Program-made: the position numbers and the translations under genes
NCBI GenBank assembly: GCA_030698495.1
Contig: JAUYKA010000005.1
Coordinates: 8,404-72,403 of the forward strand
Length of the DNA stretch: 64,000 bases
Direction: 5' to 3'
From: a bacterium
Lineage (GTDB): Bacteria; Patescibacteriota; Andersenbacteria; UBA10190
In this document: positions 38,391 through 48,599 of the stretch, in pieces
Position numbering within the stretch: position 1 is the stretch's first letter
How the letters are laid out: each line of letters starts with the position of its first letter
Notes under the pieces: generated by a model
What the model saw: only the letters and a program-made list of their open reading frames with translations
Told to the model about the DNA's origin: nothing
Database searches by the model: none

Positions 38391-39278
38391 TTAAGCTGCC
38401 TTACCGTCGCTACCAAAAAGTCTAATCTTCTCTTCCACCACCCGTTGCACCGCATCTCTGGCCGGCCCCAGTATTTTACGCGGATCACACTTATCATGCT
38501 CCTGGCCAAAATAACTTTTTACAGCACGCTCAAACGCCAACCGCAGCTCCGTATCCACATTTACTTTACAGACATTAGTATGCGCCACTCTCTGCAAATG
38601 TTCGCTCGCCAGCCCCGAAGCCCCATGAATGACCAACGGCAATGCCGGCAGCTGCTTGGCTATTTCCTCTACTAACTCAAACCTGATATACTCCCGACCA
38701 CTAAACGCACCGTGTATCGTACCAACCGCCACCGCTAAACAATCAACCCCCGTCGCTTCCACAAATTTCTTTGTCTGCGCGGGATTCGTTAGCAACTCAT
38801 CCGAAGGCGCCTCTCCCTGCAAAGTTTTTATCCCTTCCGCCCCTAAAATAGTGCCCAGCTCTGCCTCCACCCACACTCCGTGCGCATGCGCATATTCAAC
38901 CACTTCGCCGGTCAACGCGATATTTTCGTCTATCGGCTTGGTAGAGGCGTCAATCATTACGGAAGTGTATCCGGCCTCAATGCAATTTTTCACCACTGCC
39001 ATACTGTGACCGTGATCCAAATGCATCACCACCGGCACATTTGCTTCCCCTGCCAGGGAACTGATAATCGCTGCTATCTGTTTTTGCCCCGTGTATTCTA
39101 TTGCCCCCTCCGACGTTTGCACTATAACCGGCGCACGTTGTTTCTGTGCTGCCCAGATAATTGCCTGTGTTAACTCTAAATTTGATGTATTAAAAGCGCC
39201 CAATGCGTACTGCATATTAAATGCCTTGGCAAATAATTCACGAGGTTTAACTAACATATCATTATAATAAATTTTCAA
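38391..39278 (-). CDS. fba: Fructose-bisphosphate aldolase class II
   Basis: HLDHG metal-binding motif; the N-terminus is typical of FbaA. Confidence 0.9.
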   Translation of the reverse strand: MKIYYNDMLVKPRELFAKAFNMQYALGAFNTSNLELTQAIIWAAQKQRAPVIVQTSEGAIEYTGQKQIAAIISSLAGEANVPVVMHLDHGHSMAVVKNCIEAGYTSVMIDASTKPIDENIALTGEVVEYAHAHGVWVEAELGTILGAEGIKTLQGEAPSDELLTNPAQTKKFVEATGVDCLAVAVGTIHGAFSGREYIRFELVEEIAKQLPALPLVIHGASGLASEHLQRVAHTNVCKVNVDTELRLAFERAVKSYFGQEHDKCDPRKILGPARDAVQRVVEEKIRLFGSDGKAA

Positions 39279-39328
39279 TTATCAATTTACAATTTTCATT
39301 GAAGCATCAATGATTCAATTTCTAAACA

Positions 39329-40108
39329 TTAAAAAGTTCTTTCAATCTTTTCTACAGCTTTTACAATATTCACAAACTCTGCCGATTTTACCGAAGCGCC
39401 TCCCACCAGCACGCCGTCCACCCCCGGCTCACTAACAAAATCCGCTGCGTTTCCGGCATTTACACTCCCGCCGTATAAAATTCTGATCTTCTCCGCCGCC
39501 TCCGCTCCCAACTTTTCCGCTGCTATTTTCCGAATCAACAGCATAGTCTGCGCCGCTTCCGCCGGATCGGGCGTTTCTCCCGTACCAATCGCCCAGATCG
39601 GTTCATATGCAATTACCAACCGAGACACAGACACTCCGGTTTGTTGGGTAAATATTGCAGTAGCTTGCCGGGTAATCTTACTCACAGTCTCTCCCCTGTT
39701 TCTTTCATCTGCGGTTTCTCCCACACATACAATCGGCGTCAACCCGTGCTTCTGTAACACGTAAACTTTTGCTCTTACCTGCTCGTCCGTCTCCCCAACC
39801 AACTGACGTCGCTCCGAATGCCCCACAATGCACCAGCGCGCAAACGGTGTCAGCTGGGACACCGACACCTCACCCGTCCAGGCTCCTCCTTCTTCCCAAT
39901 GAACATTTTGCGCTCCAAGTTGCACTTTTTCATTTTTTGCTAACTTGGTCGCTACCGCCGGCAAAGACGTAAATGAAGGCGCGATTACTACATCCACATC
40001 CAAATAAATACCGGCTAACATCTTTTTTATCGCTCCGGCAACTTCCAAAGCCGCCTTATGCGATAGATCCATTTTCCAATTTCCAACAACCAAAAACTTA
40101 TTCGCCAT
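39329..40108 (-). CDS. tpiA: Triosephosphate isomerase
   Basis: GNWKMD, GHSERR and AYEPIWAIGTG motifs. Confidence 0.9.
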   Translation of the reverse strand: MANKFLVVGNWKMDLSHKAALEVAGAIKKMLAGIYLDVDVVIAPSFTSLPAVATKLAKNEKVQLGAQNVHWEEGGAWTGEVSVSQLTPFARWCIVGHSERRQLVGETDEQVRAKVYVLQKHGLTPIVCVGETADERNRGETVSKITRQATAIFTQQTGVSVSRLVIAYEPIWAIGTGETPDPAEAAQTMLLIRKIAAEKLGAEAAEKIRILYGGSVNAGNAADFVSEPGVDGVLVGGASVKSAEFVNIVKAVEKIERTF

Positions 40109-40155
40109 ATATCTAGTATATGAATAATTATAAAATTTAGTAATTAAGAAATTGA

Positions 40156-40680
40156 TTAAAAATTATTACCCCAAATCCCCCGTATTGTAAACACCGTTCC
40201 GGCCGTTACCACCAACACAATAACCGCCGATATACAAACACCGACAAAAATCGCCCAAAAAGAACGCGCTCGCGGCAGACCAAAAACAAACGCCGCCAGT
40301 GTTCCTGTCCATGCCCCTGTCACCGGCAAAGGAATAGCCACAAACAAAGCCAATGCCCACACACCGTATTTTGTCACGTTGCCCTGCAACTTAACACGCG
40401 TCCTCGCAAATAAATAATCGAAAAATCTATCCGCTGTCCTTGAATGAACTCTAGACCATTCGGCTATCTTCTCAAAAAATACCAGTAAGAAATACACCGG
40501 CAGCATATTACCCGCTATTGCCAAAAACATTGCTTCCGCCAGCGGCAGCTTATAAACGGTCAGCGCCACCGGTAAAGCTCCGCGCAACTCGCCGATAGGT
40601 ATCATCGCCAGAATTACTGTCGCTACTTCAGGCGGCACCGCTCGCAAAGCATTAATGATTGCAGTCAACATAATAAACAT
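40156..40680 (-). CDS. Small multidrug-export-like membrane protein (COG2426 family)
   Basis: IPIGELRG and VTGAWTG motifs; 4 TM. Confidence 0.5.
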   Translation of the reverse strand: MFIMLTAIINALRAVPPEVATVILAMIPIGELRGALPVALTVYKLPLAEAMFLAIAGNMLPVYFLLVFFEKIAEWSRVHSRTADRFFDYLFARTRVKLQGNVTKYGVWALALFVAIPLPVTGAWTGTLAAFVFGLPRARSFWAIFVGVCISAVIVLVVTAGTVFTIRGIWGNNF

Positions 40681-40690
40681 TCTACACCTC

Positions 40691-41758
40691 TTAACAATTT
40701 TCGCAGTCCCGCAAATGCTCGGCTGCGTCTTCCGGCGCCACGTCCAATATTTCCAGCCCTGTGCCTAGTTCAAACCCGCCCCAAATATTTAATCTGGGCG
40801 TTACCTGCAAATGCCAGCGCCAGCGATCAAAATAATCAGGATTGCAAACCGACCCCGTTGCGCCACAGGGTGCCGAATAAATAAAATAATTAAGCGGCGG
40901 ATCGCCTAACACCGAATACATTCTCTTCAAGGTTTCCTGCAAAGCCCGAGCTAAGGCCTCTCTCTGTCCGGGGTTGATATTGGCAAAATTAGATCCAGGC
41001 TCCTTTGGCATAATCCATGTCTCGTAAGCCACTCGCGGCGCGAACGGACAAAAAACAGTAAACATATCATTCTCCCAGACTACCCGCCTTCCTTCCCGAC
41101 GTTCATATAACAACATGTCTTCAAAAATATCACCGCCAGTTCTCTCGTGATACCTCTGCGCCCCCAGCAGCATATCCTGAACATCGCTGGGCAAAACCGG
41201 CGTGGCAAATATCTGGTGATGCGGATGAGCCAAAGAAGCTCCGGCCGGTACCCCATAATTCCTTATTATCTGTATATAATTCACCGAGGATTTTATCTGC
41301 AACTGCCGGTATCTCAACACCAACGCTTCAATCTCCAGCGCCAAGTCAGCCTCGCTCACCAAACGCTCTACCGCGTTATGATACCTGGTAACCAGCAATT
41401 CGTGCCAACCAACCGCCTCCACCGCCCGATATGGCCCTTCTTGGCGCGAACGAAAATCTTCCTGCGGATGCAGTGCCGGGTATTTATTGGCGAAAACGTG
41501 CACCCGCCAGCTATGCGGATCATCCGGCAAACGAATAACATCCGGCGGTTGCGGATTATCAGCCAAATTACAAAACGGACAATCGTCGCGATACCTTACG
41601 TCATCGTCTCCTTTCTTTTTCTTGCCACCCGCCTTTTTACCATGCGGCCGCTTTGACCGCCCAATAGCCACAATCACCCACTTGCCCGTAATTAAGTCCT
41701 GCCGCAGTTCACCGCCACTTTGTCTCTCGGTTTTTCTTTCTATTAAATCTTTCATCAC
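40691..41758 (-). CDS. galT: Galactose-1-phosphate uridylyltransferase-like HIT-family nucleotidyltransferase
   Basis: CPFC zinc motif and HPHHQ (HxHxQ) active site. Confidence 0.7.
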   Translation of the reverse strand: MMKDLIERKTERQSGGELRQDLITGKWVIVAIGRSKRPHGKKAGGKKKKGDDDVRYRDDCPFCNLADNPQPPDVIRLPDDPHSWRVHVFANKYPALHPQEDFRSRQEGPYRAVEAVGWHELLVTRYHNAVERLVSEADLALEIEALVLRYRQLQIKSSVNYIQIIRNYGVPAGASLAHPHHQIFATPVLPSDVQDMLLGAQRYHERTGGDIFEDMLLYERREGRRVVWENDMFTVFCPFAPRVAYETWIMPKEPGSNFANINPGQREALARALQETLKRMYSVLGDPPLNYFIYSAPCGATGSVCNPDYFDRWRWHLQVTPRLNIWGGFELGTGLEILDVAPEDAAEHLRDCENC

Positions 41759-41956
41759 AATAAACAGATCTTATATTTAACCTGTCAGATAATTTCCAAT
41801 TTTCAATTCTCAATTTTCATATAAACGCCAATGCCCCAATTACCAAATCCTGATACAACGACCGCGTCTTTGTGTCTTGGTCATTGTAATTTATATGGAA
41901 ATTGGAAATTGATCATTGAAAATTTTATTACATACAAAACAACCATTGCGTTAGTT

Positions 41957-42694
41957 TTACCTATCTTTTTTATAAACACCCTGCCAAATATTCAACCTCA
42001 CTTGCACCACTTCCTTTAATACTTCCACATAAGCGGATCCGGAAACTTTGCTATTCGGATCATTAATCCACCTGATCGGCCGCTCCGCTATTTTATAACC
42101 GCGCATTTTGGTCACAGCCAGTGCTTCCACATCAAACCCCCACCGATCAATTGTTAAATAGGGAAACACATCTTCCGCCGCGTAATCAGTAAACACCTTA
42201 AATCCCGCCTGTGTATCTTTGATTCCCGGCACCGCCCAAAACCTAATCCACAAATTTCCCAAATTTCCCAGCCTCTCTTTCCACCAAGCTTGATGCACTC
42301 GTATATCCGATTCTTTTAAATGCCGCGAGCCTATCACCACATCGTAACCCATATCAAAAAAGGTTTTAAATTGCTCAAAATGATCGACTGTCGTGGAATT
42401 ATCCGCGTCCATAAACAAACGGTACTTACCAACTACATGCGTCATCCCGTATCTCACCGCGTATCCTTTGCCGCGATTTGTCCCATACTGCAGTAATTTC
42501 ACCCTCCTGTCCTGCACCGCCGCCTCCCGTACTAAATCCGCTGTCTTATCTTTAGAACCATCATCAACCACTGCCACTTCCCAGGTATATGTCTGCTTAC
42601 TCAAATACGTCAAAACCGCCTTTAAAGTGTGCGGCAATCTCTGTTCTTCGTTATATGCCGGTATCACCACCGACAAAAAAACCTTTTCGTTCAT
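41957..42694 (-). CDS. Glycosyltransferase family 2 (polyprenyl-phosphate glycosyltransferase-like)
   Basis: SVVIPAYNEE, VVDDGSKD and DAD motifs. Confidence 0.8.
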   Translation of the reverse strand: MNEKVFLSVVIPAYNEEQRLPHTLKAVLTYLSKQTYTWEVAVVDDGSKDKTADLVREAAVQDRRVKLLQYGTNRGKGYAVRYGMTHVVGKYRLFMDADNSTTVDHFEQFKTFFDMGYDVVIGSRHLKESDIRVHQAWWKERLGNLGNLWIRFWAVPGIKDTQAGFKVFTDYAAEDVFPYLTIDRWGFDVEALAVTKMRGYKIAERPIRWINDPNSKVSGSAYVEVLKEVVQVRLNIWQGVYKKDR

Positions 42695-42762
42695 GTCTTT
42701 AATATAGCATTATTTCTACAAAACCAGAATCAAAAATATTCTCCGCTTTATAAAAAATGCTG

Positions 42763-43155
42763 TCAGATTTTTTTCAAGTAATCGCTTAGCATCATCCGCG
42801 CCGCTTCGGCATGCGCGTCATCTTTGTCCGCCCCTTCGCTTTTTATCCGACGATCAGCTTCCACGCTAGTGAATGTTTCGTCCACGCCCCCCACCTCAAC
42901 TCGCGGCAACAACCCGCGCAGCTTCTCTATAAAAGCCAAGGACTGCTGGGTCTGGTCAGTTTCTTCACGCAACAAATTCAAGGGTACGCTTACCAGAATT
43001 TTCTCTACCATCTCTTTCTCAACAATATTTTTTATGACCTCCATCGCCTTCTGCTCTTTTTGATCAATTACAGAATGCCGCAACGCGATTTTATTTTCGG
43101 CATCCGTTATCGCCACACCGATATATCTTTTACCGTAATCAAGACAAAGAAGCAT
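42763..43155 (-). CDS. ruvX: YqgF/RuvX-like putative pre-16S rRNA nuclease
   Basis: LCLDYGKRYIGVAITD N-terminus; RNase H-like fold; 130 aa. Confidence 0.8.
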   Translation of the reverse strand: MLLCLDYGKRYIGVAITDAENKIALRHSVIDQKEQKAMEVIKNIVEKEMVEKILVSVPLNLLREETDQTQQSLAFIEKLRGLLPRVEVGGVDETFTSVEADRRIKSEGADKDDAHAEAARMMLSDYLKKI

Positions 43156-43270
43156 GAAATTAACGTAAAATTAAAAACTAAAAACGTAAAACAACAACGT
43201 AAAAACCAAAAGACTGACGACGTTAGCGATATGGTTGTTTTTACTTTTGAGTTGTTGCTTTTCGTTTTTC
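43145..43270 (-). terminator. AAAAC-repeat hairpin family, 3' of map
   Basis: Arms of about 50 nt; shares CGTTTTTCACTTTAAGTTTT with the copy at 45045-45172. Confidence 0.45.
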
Positions 43271-43273
43271 ACT

Positions 43274-44116
43274 TTAAGTTTTTCGCTTACTCGTTAACAC
43301 TACTGGCCCCTCTTCCATCACCGCCACCGTGTGCTCCGCGTGCGCCGATAAGTTCCCGGATTTTATTTTTACCGACCAGCCATCCTCACCAGTCACCACA
43401 ACCGGATTTCCTTTTGTCACCATCGGCTCAATCGCAATCACCAACCCCGGTTCTATTAAAGCGCCGGCGCCTGCTCGGCCGAAGTTCGGCACCTGTGGTT
43501 CCTCATGCACCGCGTAACCAACACCATGCCCGACCAGCTGGCGCACTACTTCAAACCCCGCTGACTCAACATAACGCTGAATGGCACAACCGATATCACC
43601 AATCCTATTCCCTGGCAAAGCCGCCGCTATTCCCCGCTGTAGTGCTTCTTCTGTAACCGCCACTAATTCTTTTGTCTTACCGGATCCGCCTCCGACTATA
43701 ACCGTCTGCGCACTATCCAGATAATATTTACCCCGATAAATCAACCCCAAATCCAAACCAACCACATCCCCGCCAACAAATGGCGCGTCAGTTGGTATGC
43801 CATGTACCACCGCATCATTTATTGAAACACAAAGCGCCGCCGGAAAAGGTTGCTGGCCACTTGAAGCGTAATTCAAGAAAGCCGGTTCGCAACCTCGCGC
43901 CCGAATTAACCGCGTGGCCAATTCATCCAGTTCTGCTCCGGTTGTACCAACCTTAACAACACCGGCCAGTTCTGCCAACACTTCTCCCAGCATCCTTCCT
44001 CCCTCTCTTAATTTCTCTATATCATCCTTGGTTTTTAAGCGAATCACATTATTAGAATTAAGAATTATCCCCCGTCGCCCCGTCTTGACGGGGACTATGG
44101 GGGACAGGTGAATCAA
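43274..44116 (-). CDS. map: Methionine aminopeptidase type I
   Basis: Metal-ligand motifs (GHGVG, HEEP). The start is uncertain between MIHLSP and a downstream codon. Confidence 0.85.
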   Translation of the reverse strand: MIHLSPIVPVKTGRRGIILNSNNVIRLKTKDDIEKLREGGRMLGEVLAELAGVVKVGTTGAELDELATRLIRARGCEPAFLNYASSGQQPFPAALCVSINDAVVHGIPTDAPFVGGDVVGLDLGLIYRGKYYLDSAQTVIVGGGSGKTKELVAVTEEALQRGIAAALPGNRIGDIGCAIQRYVESAGFEVVRQLVGHGVGYAVHEEPQVPNFGRAGAGALIEPGLVIAIEPMVTKGNPVVVTGEDGWSVKIKSGNLSAHAEHTVAVMEEGPVVLTSKRKT

Positions 44117-44206
44117 GAATCAAGACTATCCTCCTTCCCCACCCACCATCCTCTCTACTCTTAATGAGTAATATGCCTTTAATCAACCAAATAGGCAAAG
44201 TCAGTA

Positions 44207-44372
44207 CCAACAAACGATACTCACGGCGCCCGTGCATGAGGGACCGTCTCAAGGCTTGCCGGCCTGGTCTCCGCCTTTAGGCGGAGCGGCAAGCCTTGAG
44301 TCGAGTGCCGCCCGCCGCTGGGGCGGGCAAAGGTGTCACTCATGTGCGGGTGACGGGAGTATCGTTTGTTGG
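44207..44372. repeat. Family E element, copy 4 (between map and adk)
   Basis: Same core; the outer stem is CCAACAAACGATACTC...GAGTATCGTTTGTTGG. Confidence 0.7.
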
Positions 44373-44381
44373 CAACAATAA

Positions 44382-45041
44382 TTAATTCTGCACTTTATCA
44401 ATAACCTTCATCACACTCTTAAAAACCTCCGCCACACTCGGCATCCCGTCCAACTCATGCAGTTCTCCCCGCCGGCGGTACTCCTCCACCACCGGGTATG
44501 TTAACGTCATGAACTGATCCCAGCGCGTCGCAAACTTACCCGGCTCATCATCGGGACGTACCCCTATCATTCCCCTTCTCTCCTCACAGCGGCGTCGGTC
44601 ATCGTCATTAACCACCGGAAAGTCGCCCGACACCCCCAAACAAAACTTGCGCTTAGAATTGCGCTCAATCATCTCTGCCCGATCAACAGCCAGATAGATA
44701 ACCAGCGGTTTCCCATAGTTCTCCTCGGCAAAAAAAAGATCAACAATTTTGGCTTCCGCCACCGTTCTGGGCGTGCCGTCAAAAACCAACCCCCTGCCGG
44801 ATTCAATATGTTCTTTTACCGCCGTCATTACAATTTCAGCAGCCATCTCCGGCGGCGCCAGATACCCGTTATCAATCGTCTCCTTAACGCGGTGCCCTAA
44901 ATCCGTATTCTGACGCGCCACTTCTCGAAACGCATCGCCCGTACTGAACTGATGATAACCAATTTTTTCCGCCAGCATTTTTGCCTGCGTCCCTTTTCCT
45001 GCACCTGGTGCACCCATAATATAAATAATTTTTGGCAACAT
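44382..45041 (-). CDS. adk: Adenylate kinase
   Basis: P-loop GAPGAGKGTQA; LID region with Cys/acidic residues. Confidence 0.9.
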   Translation of the reverse strand: MLPKIIYIMGAPGAGKGTQAKMLAEKIGYHQFSTGDAFREVARQNTDLGHRVKETIDNGYLAPPEMAAEIVMTAVKEHIESGRGLVFDGTPRTVAEAKIVDLFFAEENYGKPLVIYLAVDRAEMIERNSKRKFCLGVSGDFPVVNDDDRRRCEERRGMIGVRPDDEPGKFATRWDQFMTLTYPVVEEYRRRGELHELDGMPSVAEVFKSVMKVIDKVQN

Positions 45042-45044
45042 GAA

Positions 45045-45172
45045 AAATAAAAGTTAAAAACTAAAAGCGAAAAACAACAACGCAAAAATAAAAACAACTA
45101 CGCCGACGTCGGTCTTTTTGCTTTTGCGTTGTTGTTTTGCGTTTTTCACTTTAAGTTTTACGTTTACGAAAA
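45045..45172 (-). terminator. AAAAC-repeat hairpin family, 3' of secY
   Basis: GCGAAAAACAACAACGCAAAA pairs with TTTTGCGTTGTTGTTTTGCG; shared motif CGTTTTTCACTTTAAGTTTT. Confidence 0.45.
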
Positions 45173-46465
45173 CCCCTCATACTCCCGCATTGTCAGCTGC
45201 GACTCAATCTGTTTCAACGTCTCTACCACCACGGAAACCACGATCAACAAAGCTGTACCGCCAATCGTCAGGGTGGTTAAACCGGTAAATGCCTGTAATA
45301 ACAAAGGCAAAACGGCGATAAATCCCAGAAAAATCGCGCCCGTCAAAGTAATCCGGTTAATCACGTATTTCAAAAACATGGTTGTTTGTCGCCCTGGACG
45401 TATCCCGGGAATAAACCCTCCCTGTTTTTGAATGTTTTCCGCTACATTCTTCGGATCAAAAGTCACCGCCGTGTAGAAATATGTAAAAACCACCACCAAC
45501 ACAAAATACATCGCTCCGTAAAATAACTGGTTTTGGAACGCGTTCACAATACGCTGGGCCACACTACTCACTACAGCATTACTTACTCCCACAAAAAAGT
45601 TAGCGATCACTCCGGGAAACAACATGATCGACAACGCGAAAATTATCGGAATAACTCCGGCTTGATTAACCCGCAAAGGCAGATGAGTTGAAACACCGCC
45701 AAACATCCGATTTCCCCGCACCCGCTTAGCGTAACTCACCGGAATTGATCTCTGCCCCTCTGTAATAATCACCACTCCGGCCACAACCACTACAGAAATC
45801 ACCAGAAAAGCGCCATAGGTAAGCAGTTGGTCAGAAGTTAAAGTTGATAAAATTTGTGCCGTTACGCTCGGCAGACGGGCGATAATGCCAACAAATATAA
45901 TTAAAGAAATACCATTACCTATATTCTGTTCGGTAATCAATTCTCCCAGCCACATCAAAAATATCGTCCCGGCCGTAACGCTGATGATAGTCACCACTAA
46001 TTGCCAAAAAGAAAAAGTAATCTCCGGCCCTGTCCCGCCGGATAATCCTCCGCGCTGGATCAGATTCAAAAAAGCAAACGCCTGCAAAGCGGCCAACGGC
46101 ACCGTCAACAGTCTCGTCCATTGATTTATCTTTCGGCGGCCGGCTTCTCCTTCCTCTTTTTGCATTTCCTCCAACCGCGGCACGATCATTGTCATCAACT
46201 GCATTACAATTGACGCGGTAATATACGGACCGACCCCCAACATAACTATCGAAAGATTTGATAACCCTCCGCCTGAAAACACGTCCAATAAACCGAATAA
46301 TTGATTGCCGGCGAATAAATTATGTAAACTCGTCGGATCAATACCCGGTACCGGTATAACCGCCGCGATTCTAAAAACAACCAACAACCCCAATACTATC
46401 AAAATTTTCTTGCGCAACTCCGGCACCCGAAACATCGCCAGATATCTTTTCCAATTCAAAGCCAT
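45164..46465 (-). CDS. secY: Preprotein translocase SecY
   Basis: 10-TM protein with conserved SecY blocks; sits after rplO. Confidence 0.95.
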   Translation of the reverse strand: MALNWKRYLAMFRVPELRKKILIVLGLLVVFRIAAVIPVPGIDPTSLHNLFAGNQLFGLLDVFSGGGLSNLSIVMLGVGPYITASIVMQLMTMIVPRLEEMQKEEGEAGRRKINQWTRLLTVPLAALQAFAFLNLIQRGGLSGGTGPEITFSFWQLVVTIISVTAGTIFLMWLGELITEQNIGNGISLIIFVGIIARLPSVTAQILSTLTSDQLLTYGAFLVISVVVVAGVVIITEGQRSIPVSYAKRVRGNRMFGGVSTHLPLRVNQAGVIPIIFALSIMLFPGVIANFFVGVSNAVVSSVAQRIVNAFQNQLFYGAMYFVLVVVFTYFYTAVTFDPKNVAENIQKQGGFIPGIRPGRQTTMFLKYVINRITLTGAIFLGFIAVLPLLLQAFTGLTTLTIGGTALLIVVSVVVETLKQIESQLTMREYEGFS

Positions 46466-46603
46466 ATATTTAAACTAATACTACAATTCCCAATGCACAA
46501 TTTCCAATTTCCATATAATACCCAATGCACAATAATCAAATATCAAATAGTGTCGTTATTGTATTGGGAAATTGGCTATTGATTATTATATGAAAATTGA
46601 AAA

Positions 46604-47047
46604 TTACGCGATTATCTCCACTTTACCGCCCGCTTTCTCCACCCGCTCCTTGGCCGCTTCGCTCACACCATGAACCCTGACAGTCAGCTTCTTATCTACT
46701 AACCCGGACACTATCAACTTGACCCGATCGGACCGACCCGAAATCCAACCAAGCTTTTTCATTTGTCCCGGTCCAACCACCGTTCCGTCATCAAACCTTT
46801 GTAATTGTCCCGTGCTTACCGTTAATACCCGTACTCTCTTTTTGGTCATGCGATGTTTTGTCCCTCTGCCTTTCGGCAAACGCATATACAAAGGCGTTTG
46901 CCCGCCTTCAAAACCAAGCTTGCGGCTGTAACCGGCTCGCGAGCGCTGTCCCTTCATCCCTCGTCCCGACTTGGCTCCCCGCCCGCCAATACCGCGGCCA
47001 ACCCGCTTTTTCCGCTTAACAATTTTTGGTAACTCGTGTAAAAACAT
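46604..47047 (-). CDS. rplO: Ribosomal protein L15
   Basis: Conserved sequence; position in the spc operon. Confidence 0.9.
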   Translation of the reverse strand: MFLHELPKIVKRKKRVGRGIGGRGAKSGRGMKGQRSRAGYSRKLGFEGGQTPLYMRLPKGRGTKHRMTKKRVRVLTVSTGQLQRFDDGTVVGPGQMKKLGWISGRSDRVKLIVSGLVDKKLTVRVHGVSEAAKERVEKAGGKVEIIA

Positions 47048-47049
47048 AT

Positions 47050-47592
47050 TTATTCTTTATCAACTTTCTTTTTAACCGAACCAACCGACACGCCTGACGC
47101 TACTAGGGCTGCTAACGCTGCTTTCGCGTTGCTCATCTTATTAACCGATCCATACCTCTTGGAAACCAAATCTTTTATCCCCGCCAGATCAGCCACCGTT
47201 CTGACTATGCCGCCGGCAATTACTCCCGTACCGGGCTTGGCCGGCTTCAGTAATATCTGCGCGCCTTTATATGAAACTTGCACCGAGTGTAAAATCGTTC
47301 CTTTCTTAAGAGACACTTTTATCACCCGTTTAGCTGCAGCATCTTCCGCTTTCTTTATGGCTTGCTGTACATCCCGGCTTTTACCCACACCCAATCCTAC
47401 CATTCCCGATCTGTCGCCAACCACCACGCTGGCCCTGAACCTGAACCTGCGGCCGCCCTTTACCACCCTGACTACCCGGGCAATTTCCAGTACCTCGTGA
47501 TCAAACTGACTGGCCTTTTCTCCTTTATTAAAAGTCCGGCGGCGGCGAGGCCCCATGGATGAATTCGGCTGAACAGTTAAATTAGTAGACAT
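47050..47592 (-). CDS. rpsE: Ribosomal protein S5
   Basis: Conserved S5 dsRBD and C-terminal domains. Followed by rplO after a 2-nt gap, so there is no rpmD. Confidence 0.9.
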   Translation of the reverse strand: MSTNLTVQPNSSMGPRRRRTFNKGEKASQFDHEVLEIARVVRVVKGGRRFRFRASVVVGDRSGMVGLGVGKSRDVQQAIKKAEDAAAKRVIKVSLKKGTILHSVQVSYKGAQILLKPAKPGTGVIAGGIVRTVADLAGIKDLVSKRYGSVNKMSNAKAALAALVASGVSVGSVKKKVDKE

Positions 47593-47608
47593 AGTTTTAT
47601 TTTTTCAG

Positions 47609-47956
47609 TTACACCTTAATTCCTTCCGCCCGCATAGCCTCCACCACAGCCTTAACCCGGCCATGATAGCGATACCCGGAACGATCAAATATCATCGCGT
47701 TAATTCCGGCCTTCTTCGCCGCTTTAGCCAAAGTCCGCCCGACTAAAGCGGCTTGCTCTGTCTTGTTTTTCGCTTTTTCTTTTTTACCATGACTAGCCAA
47801 AACTGTCTTCCCTTTTTGGTCATCTATCAACTGAACCTCAACGTATCGGTCCGAGCGAAACACACTCACGCGGGGCCTCTTGGCCGTACCAAACAATCGC
47901 GCTCTGATTCGTCGATGACGTCTGGCTCGATTATCTCTTTTTGATGATTTATTCAT
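47609..47956 (-). CDS. rplR: Ribosomal protein L18
   Basis: Conserved sequence and operon position. Confidence 0.9.
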   Translation of the reverse strand: MNKSSKRDNRARRHRRIRARLFGTAKRPRVSVFRSDRYVEVQLIDDQKGKTVLASHGKKEKAKNKTEQAALVGRTLAKAAKKAGINAMIFDRSGYRYHGRVKAVVEAMRAEGIKV

Positions 47957-47973
47957 AGCGGTATTCTTCTTAA

Positions 47974-48519
47974 TTATTCAGTTGTCGAACCGACCACTTT
48001 ACCGACCTTCCGACGTACATGCTCACCAACATAACGCACCCCTTTACCTTTATACGGCTCCGGCGGACGTAACTTGCGTATATCGGCCGCCACTTGCCCC
48101 ACCAGCACATTATCTCTGCCGGTTATGGTAATAATTTCTTTTTCTACCGTGAATTTTATCCCTTCCGGCGCCTTCACTGAAATCGGATGAGAAAATCCTA
48201 ATGACATATCCAAACCGTCTCCCTTTGCCTGCGCCCGAAAACCTACACCCTGCAATTCCAACTGCTTACTAAAACCTTTCGTCACTCCCTCGACAATATT
48301 AGCCAGCCTGGCTCTCGTTGTCCCCCATAAAGCCGCTGCCTTTTTACCTGGCTTAACCACTCGAACAACCAACTCGCCGTCCGTTAAGGCAACTCCTATA
48401 GCCGGATGCACCCCGTAGACTAACTCACCCAGCGGTCCTTTCACCTTAACTTCCCTGCCAGCCACTTCGGCCGTAACGCCATCAGGTATAACTATCGGTT
48501 GTTTTCCTATACGAGACAT
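47974..48519 (-). CDS. rplF: Ribosomal protein L6
   Basis: Conserved sequence and operon position. Confidence 0.9.
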   Translation of the reverse strand: MSRIGKQPIVIPDGVTAEVAGREVKVKGPLGELVYGVHPAIGVALTDGELVVRVVKPGKKAAALWGTTRARLANIVEGVTKGFSKQLELQGVGFRAQAKGDGLDMSLGFSHPISVKAPEGIKFTVEKEIITITGRDNVLVGQVAADIRKLRPPEPYKGKGVRYVGEHVRRKVGKVVGSTTE

Positions 48520-48599
48520 AACTTTTTAGCTTAACTAACCTATTAGCAATACTAAACAATATAATACAAACCAATAATTAGCAAGAGACGCTATTTTCT

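Noticed and set aside
42811-43656. 281-aa plus-strand ORF overlapping ruvX and the AAAAC-repeat hairpin
   Set aside because: It runs antisense to a well-supported minus-strand gene and through a repeat, with a low-complexity translation and no domain. Treated as spurious.
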